NCBI GenBank assembly: GCA_002269645.1
Contig: NIVC01001277.1
Location: forward strand, 1 to 64,000
DNA length: 64,000 nt
Direction of reading: 5' to 3'
Source of the DNA: Macrostomum lignano
Taxonomy: Eukaryota
A program made the translations under genes and the position numbers. The notes beneath the pieces were generated by a model. The model saw nothing but the letters and a program-made list of their open reading frames with translations. It ran no database searches and was not told the DNA's origin. Shown here one piece after another: positions 43,039 through 64,000 of this stretch (the stretch's first letter is position 1; each line of letters starts with the position of its first letter).

Positions 43039-43934
43039 GTTGCTCCATACAGTATAGCTATCCCTCGCAATTCAGTTCGAAATGAAATTGATACATACTT
43101 CCCCACCCGCTTGCTACTACACTGGCCGCTTGTTTGCGATCATTATCAAACTGGCCTTTGTGAAATGGTTCCTTTTCTGTTCCAACTCGGTCTCCCATAA
43201 AGTAAGCAACCATATAACTTTTAATGAATGTGTAAAGCATACCCTCAATGACTTCTAAATATAGTCTAGAAGTCTAGAAGCCCTTGCATACCTTTTAAAT
43301 GTACTAATTTGTACATGTATCATTATGAGTTTATTCAGCTTTATCAGCTTTTGTTTCTTTAATAACTATAACTAACGGGGCACATCCCTATTTGCTATAA
43401 TATATGGAGGTGCGGTGAGGATTTCGTTCTTTTCAGTTTCCTTTTTTCAGATCTCCGTGGGAGAGACAAATCATGGACTAGTAATCATCTAATCCAGGCT
43501 CCCCAAACTTCTACGGGCGGCGGGCCGCATTGACAGCTGGCTTGGGGTAGCTAACCCGACCTTTCCCATTCTTGCAGATGATACATTCACTGCATCATAA
43601 ACGCCTCGATGCGTCTCTGTGTTCCCATGACAGTTTTATTGTCACTCGATCATTCTTCCTTCATTTTCCCGGGAATCCTGGAGTCAATGAAAAACTGCTG
43701 CTGGGCGCCCACATCCACTCACGAATATTCTCACCACCATAATTTTCTTTGTTTGCGATCGTCTTTTACAACTCGAAGTCAAAAACCCTGTGAGCATGTG
43801 GTATGGAGCTCTAAATGTAGAAGTTGGAGATAAGCTGCGAATTAATTACAGACGGCAGATAGGAGGCACCAAACCACACGGAACGAGCTTACAAGTTACA
43901 AGTTACCCTTACGCCCCTCTAATGTATATTATCA

Positions 43935-44668
43935 TGGCACCCTCCAGTGTATATTATGGCGCCTCTCTACTCTAGTGCATATTATGGCGCCCCTCTAGTG
44001 TAATATAATGGCGCCTCTCTAGTGTGTGTTATGGCGCCTCTCTAGTGTATATAATGGCGCCTCTCTAGTGTGTATAATGGCGCCTCTCTAGTGTGTATTA
44101 TGGCGCCCCTCTAGTGTATAGAATGGCGCCTCTCTAGTGTGTATGATGGCGCCTCTCTAGTGTGTATGATGGCGCCTCTCTAGTGCGTATGATGGCGCCT
44201 CTCTAGTGTGTATTATGGCGCCTCTCTAGTGTGTATTATGGCGCCCCTCTAGTGTATAGAATGGCGCCTCTCTAGTGTGTATGATGGCGCCTCTCTAGTG
44301 TGTATGATGGCGCCTCTCTAGTGTGTATGATGGCGCCTCTCTAGTGTGTATGATGGTGCCTCTCTAGTGTGTATGATGGCGCCTTTCTAGTGTGTATGAT
44401 GGCGCCTCTCTAGTGTTTTTTATGGCACCCCTCTAGTGTATATTATGGCGCCCCTCTAGTGTGTATTATGGCGCCTCTAGTGTATTATAGCGCCCCTCTA
44501 GTGTGTATTATGGCGCCTCTAGTGTATTATAGCGCCCCTCTAGTGTGTATTATGGCGCCTCTAGTGTATTATAGCGCCCCTCTAGTGTGTATTATGGCGC
44601 CTCTAGTGTATTATAGCGCCCCTCTAGTGTGTATTATGGCGCCTCTATAGTATGTATTATGGCGCCCT
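43935..44668. repeat. 23-bp minisatellite GGCGCCTCTCTAGTGTGTATGAT (with 21/23 alternating variants at the right end)
   Basis: Period 23 (GGCGCC at 44171 and 44194). Confidence 0.96.
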
Positions 44669-47600
44669 GCTTCATGTTCGAAGCCCTGAAACCCCGTCAT
44701 ACTTTTTGTCTGTGACTGGCGGCATGGATGGACCTCCTTTCTATTAGATCCTATTAGGTTCTATGGACTCCATTATACCGCATGGAGTCCATGCGGTATG
44801 TCTGCAGCCCAGCATAGCTAGCATAGCGAGCATACCAAGCCCCCCTCATATCCCGCCTCTGCTAAAAGAAATTCCCGTCAGTTCGAAGTCGGATCTAATT
44901 GGACGATAGTGGCTGAAAGATTCTGAAGAAGCAACTTTTTTGCCGAGAATGATTTTGATAACATACGAGCGTATTATCCCTTGAAATGAGGTTATAGTCT
45001 TGAAAATTGTTTAACGAATAAAACTGTAGACCCAGGAACATTAAATTACTAATAATAATGAAATATTACTAGTAATAATGACACCTAAAATAATGAAAAG
45101 CATGTTTTTACACAGTGCGCCCCACTCTGCGCCCTCTCGATAGTAAGTAGAACAGTGAAAATTCTGAAAAACTGTTAGATCGGGCGCCAGTGCTCCACTG
45201 GGATAGTGCTAGCTACGCTCGATTTGCAGTGCCATTGGCTTCTCAGATAGCTCGACTAGCTTGTTAACATCTTAGGGTTGTCACTTGTCATTCCATTCCT
45301 TCCCAACAAAATTTAAAAAACTTGAATCATAACATTGAGGCCTACTTCAAGCCATCGCTACACTCAAAAGTTTACTCAGGCTTGATCTTGGAGAATCTTT
45401 GTGGGCCTTCTACCTAAACTCAAGAAAGCAGTTGTACTCTGTGCATAGTGCAGACTGCCTTCCGTTCCATGTTTCTAGCATTTCTGCATCATTTTCAGCC
45501 AGTTGAGTAGAAATAGCAAATAGCGGCTGCATGCTACTGATCCTTGTCCTTACTGTCCTTGCGTTCGAAATATGCTATTATACTAAGTATAGCACCATGC
45601 GCCTTTGTCTCTTCATTTTTTTGGCAATTCGCGGGATCTTTCTTAATTTTTAAATATGCTCGTAAATATCAATTTCTATACAAGTATTGCACCTAAATGA
45701 TTTAACATTACATAGATAAGTACCTGATATGGAATTGCATTGGACAGGCGGGATAGAGGACATAGACAGCGGAATGGGGAAGATAGACAGGGCAGAAAGG
45801 GGAAATAGACAGGGGAGAATGGGGAGATAGACAGGGTGGAATGGGGAGATAGACAGCACGAGCGTACTTCCCAATTTATACCAGCAGAGGCTAGCGATTT
45901 ATTTTTTTGGCATATGCATGCGACTGCAAGTTAAAAAAGTACAAAAGTCACTTTTCGAATAAAAAGCCGGGGCGCTCGCTTGAGGCCGACGCCCCAGTGG
46001 CCATAAGAGTGCGCCCCAGATTTTCATCCCACTGGGGTAATACAGTGTGAACATACATTTTATATTAGTAATAATTTTGGTATAATTCTTGCCACATATG
46101 TTACTTATAGTAGCGCTTTAAGTCTTCTTCAAGACGCGAAATGCAACGGCTGATGCATAGGGTGGCTGGGGACTCAGATAGGACTGACGGTAATTGAGCA
46201 GCAAACTATTCAACAATGGAATGGAATGCCACCAACTCTTACATGTCATTTTTTATATAACTGCGGTTTATGGATCTTAAATTTTATAAACAAAACTTAT
46301 CCCATTGAAAAGGACTGGCAACGGACTCAGAAAAAAAATCAGTTTTAAGAGGACCGAACACGGACTTACAAAAAGAACACTTGCGGGGGTACTTTTGATG
46401 GTTTTAAAACTGCAAACTGGACATTTCCAGTCAGAATTCCTGATTTTAGAAAAAAACTAAAAATATCCTCTATCTGCTGGGAAAAGACTTGTCGGAGTCC
46501 TATCTGGGTCCTCCGGACTTATCTTTTTACACCGGGTATAAAATGATCCTTTTAAGTTTAATTTTATTTTTTTCACAAGGACTTTAGTTAAATAAGAGTC
46601 AAGACTTGTTGCTAAATTTGCTTTTGCCAAATTTGTTTTTGTTTAATTTCTGTTGCAGAATTTGCCTGCATCCTAATAGTAATACTATAGGGGTCAGACA
46701 GTACTACATTTGTGAGATTTTTGATATTCAATATTTTTTGACAATACAATATGGGATTTGATTAAGATATCAAGATATTCAATTCAAATAAGACAAAGCT
46801 AAAACTGAAAATAGTAGGCACTTTGTTTTATACAACTTTTTTGAATATTTGAAAAACAAACAAGAACTTTATACACTTTTGTTAAAAAGCACAAACTTTA
46901 ATTTATAAAAAAAACATAGAAATTTTTAAGTGCATCAATTTTCCAAAAATAGCTAAATCCCTTAATATGTATGACACTAAAATGAGTTGATTTTTTGCAC
47001 TAATTTGATTTGTGTTAAATTCAATATGTTTATATTGATATTCAGATTTCAAAAGATTGATATTCAACCTAGGCTAGGGCTCTTTATTTTACTTTGTTTA
47101 TATCACAGATTCTTTGCACTTTTTAAAATCAAGATTGGTCAGGATTTGATTTTGATCAAGAAAAAAGTCAAAATCTATAAAATTTGCAAGACTTTTTATT
47201 AGGCTACTTGCAACTAATTTTCTTATATTATGATATAAACATTTTGAAAATAAAATTGAAACATTGAAGCATTGCATATTATAATTTATAGCTCAGTGTT
47301 ATTGGGAATTGAATTTGGGACTGTTTCTGTTATAGTATTATTATATAGTAACACTATTGGGTCTGGTATTCAATACTAAATCGTAAATATGCCTGTGCTG
47401 TAGTGTGACAATAAAAATGCACATGCATTTCATAAGGCTTAATGCATGAATTCGAAAAAAAACTAAAAAGTACGACCACACCACATTAATTGGTCAAAGG
47501 TTGGAGACAGTTCTATCTGATATATTCTATTTCTAGTATATAAGCATAGTACTCGTACATTAGAATACTTTTGTCTTTTGAGATGTATCAATTGTATGTC

Positions 47601-48981
47601 ACCGCCCAATGATCGCTCGCAAAATTCAGTAGAAGTAGTAATAAAGTGGCTTAGGCTGAATAGCCGGTTTGGTCGATAAGAGGCAAACTTTTTCACAATT
47701 AACTTCGTTGTAAATACGAACATTTTCTTTGAAATGAAATTGTGTGACTCGAATTTGAATTTGTGCGAAAGTAAATTTTTGCGGTATATAAAGCTAAAAA
47801 AACGGAGAACAAAAAACGACGTACGTAGAAGCGCGATAATAAGATTAGTAACGAGAAAACGAGTTTAACATCTTTTTTGTATGCTTAAGTAGAAGGTTTG
47901 TTGGTATATCATAATGGAATAAAAGAAATCCATATGTAAATACGAGTATACCCTCTTTTTTTCTATATATCCCGTAGCATACATATTTTGCACCACTATA
48001 CAATCGGTTTTGGGGTGGAAACTTGAACATGTTGCTGAATGCTGAGTGTATTTTGCGTCTATCTTGCCCTGTTGGTCTCACAAATATTTTATTCCAACTG
48101 AATATGCTGTATGTTCAGCGAAACCTGTCGTACAAATAAAGTTTTAGTTTTATTCGCCATTGGTATCCACAAATACTTAAAAAATAAAATGTTTCTTGTC
48201 GGCTTTGTCTTTCTAACCATAAACGGTCTAAATAAACGGCAATAAATGGTCTAGTGTGGATATTTTTTCAATTCCTTTAAGCGCAAAGTTACTTTCTGTT
48301 TATACCTAATAAAGAAACTACAACAATGTCCCTTTGTTCAAATCGGTGAATCAGCGTACCGACACGGTATCCAACTTTTTAGTCAATACTTTTAGTACTT
48401 TTGACCATTAACAGTGGATTGCATCTCTCCCAAAATATTTGGGCCCTATTAGGCCATATATTTACATTGAAAGAAATTCTCTAATTTCTGAATTATTAAT
48501 AAGCACTTAAATTGCTAACTTTTTTTGAAGGCAGCAACTTCTTTTCTGTTTTCTTCGCTTGTAACGACATGTTACATGTACATGTACATGGATTTGGTAT
48601 TGCCATAAGCTATAAATTGCTTTGGTAGTCGTTGTTACTGTATACATGTAGTTAAAGTACCCGTAAGTACTCCTTGTACCTCGATCCAGTAATTTGCTCA
48701 CCGTCGACTTGTAATATACGTTCAATAATACTTACAAACAATCCAACTCACAGCACAAACGTTTTCACGTGTACTTAAGTAAAAAAATGAAATAAAAAGC
48801 GAAAGTGTGAAAAGTCTTTTTTGTTACTTTTCTTTGTTTATATCACTGCTGGATTGCATTAAGTGAAATTTCATACTAGTTCGTACAGAAAAATAAAGCG
48901 GCAATGCCATGCACGGAGCGATTTAAAAAAAAACTTTTGGTTTCGTCATTATTTGGTTAGGATTTTGTTAAAAAATTCTTG

Positions 48982-49637
48982 TCACTCGTCAGTGGCGCTG
49001 CGGCCCATGTCGGTAGAGTCTCCGCTGTCAATCCGGAGAGCGTGGTGGCCTCTTGTCATCACCAGAGCAGATTTGGCTCTCACCTGTTGCTGCTGGCTCG
49101 GCGGCGGTAGCGGCTGCGGAATCATGTGCGTGACGCCGCTCACCTTCAGCAAGGAAGTGACGCGCAGCGCGGTCGCCCGCTGCTGCACCAACTCGCTGAA
49201 CAACCGCAGCGTCACGTGGTGGTTCTTGGTCGGGTAGGAGTAGTCAACTACTACCCTGTCGCAGACCTTGTGTCCTGGATTCTTCGGGGACAGCTTGGTC
49301 ATGCGGAACCGGCAATAGCACCTGTACTGGATGGTCTCCAACCTCCTATCCAAGATGCTTCCGTCTGGGTTGAACAGGTCTTTGGTGATCTCCTTGGGCA
49401 CCATCAGGCTGGCCGAGGTCACGCGAGGACACTTGGCGTCCTGCTCCCAGAAGCTGTCTCCAGCCTCCTTGGGCTTTGAGTTCTTCATCGCTGTTGAGAT
49501 ATTAAGTAGAAAAAGATCCGAGGTTGCTGAGAACAGAGAGGCAACTAAAAGTGCAGGCGTCTCTTTACTTCTTGGGGAGCTCGGTTTAAAAGGATCTCAC
49601 CTAAGCTTCTGGAATTCGCCCATAGACAACTGGCCAT
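48982..49637 (-). CDS. Orphan two-exon gene (~180 aa), unknown function; exons 49637-49601 and 49490-48982
   Basis: GC-rich, codon-like ORF in AT-rich surroundings. Phase-compatible AG|GTGAGA donor and polypyrimidine-CAG acceptor. No family recognised. Confidence 0.55.
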
Positions 49638-50282
49638 GCAACTTCTAGCTTAGCCATGACACGCGTATCGCTTCAATACTGGCGCTAAGGATTACAAATA
49701 TCAACGAGATTAGAGCACAAACTACTTATAGCTCCATAGCTGATGCTGCATATTGTTTAGCAATTTGACGATCATTATTCACATTTTTAATGCAGAACAA
49801 TCCATTACTACAAACAATGCATTGTCTGTAGGGTCGTCAAACAGAAAAACAATGCAAAGAATCAGCGGTCCCAGTGCGTGACAACGATTGTCTGGCGAGC
49901 GCCTGTCACGCACTGGGACCGCTGATTATTTATCCATTGCAAAAGCTTTTCTGTCTGTCTGTCTGTTTGCTACCAATTAATCTAGCAAAACGCATCTGGC
50001 CTGCTTGTTTGAGTAGTAAGTAAGAGTCATGCAGAACAATGCCTGTGCTAACAACATTCTGCAATTGAGATTCATCAGTGCTCGTAAGGCTGGGAAGTTT
50101 TGAAACGATAGTGATTACAGTGTAAATAATAAGAATGAAGAATAAACTTAAGGCATCGGTCATTTAACGCTTTTTAATTGCTTTAGGAAATTTTTTAAAA
50201 AGAACTCATTTAAAATTTTCTGTCATTGATAAATAAATTTTGGAATCTGCTGTTCATAGGATTCGAAATTGAATTCAGTTTT

Positions 50283-63932
<13,650 letters not shown>

Positions 63933-64000
63933 AACTGTCGAATGTCGGGAACCGGGGGGGGGGGCGCTGGGCTCATGAACTCACCCATGAACTCACTCAT

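Larger units (their letters stand above)
35750..46536. mobile_element. CMC/EnSpm(CACTA)-type DNA transposon, 10.8 kb
   Basis: Imperfect ~29-bp TIRs CCCGGTGTAAAAAGTAAAGTCCGAAGGAC (35750) and reverse complement CCCGGTGTAAAAAGATAAGTCCGGAGGAC (ending 46536). TA on both flanks (2-bp TSD). Subterminal GGACT/AGTCC motifs. Encloses the transposase and partner gene. Confidence 0.85.

Overview
Eukaryotic (invertebrate animal) DNA with spliceosomal GT-AG introns, GC-rich exons and large (GACA)n microsatellites. It resembles a free-living flatworm such as Macrostomum, but that is an impression, not a determination. Left to right: (1) a ~628-bp tandem array (1-10260, open at the left edge); (2) two spliced, secreted AbfB/CBM42-like beta-trefoil genes plus a third fragment; (3) between them, a tyrosine-recombinase (Ngaro/DIRS-type) retrotransposon with split direct repeats arranged A-B-A-ORFs-B and joined by a 16-bp satellite; (4) a five-exon RSPRY1 homolog; (5) a full-length Mag-like Gypsy LTR element with 5-bp TSD; (6) a 10.8-kb CMC/EnSpm DNA transposon with an apparently intact spliced transposase, a DUF4806-like partner gene and nested mini-elements; (7) an orphan two-exon gene; (8) a Y_phosphatase3-type phosphatase gene whose first intron holds an 11.9-kb Polinton/Maverick inserted in a (GTCT)n microsatellite. 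The Polinton has integrase, both capsid proteins, protease and ATPase, but its PolB is internally deleted. The most striking observation is that it also carries a divergent TATA-binding-protein (TBP) homolog with its own TATA/CCAAT promoter, convergent with a putative tandem PC4-like protein. All family assignments come from motif recognition by eye; no database search was run. Several frameshifts fall in homopolymers and may be assembly errors.
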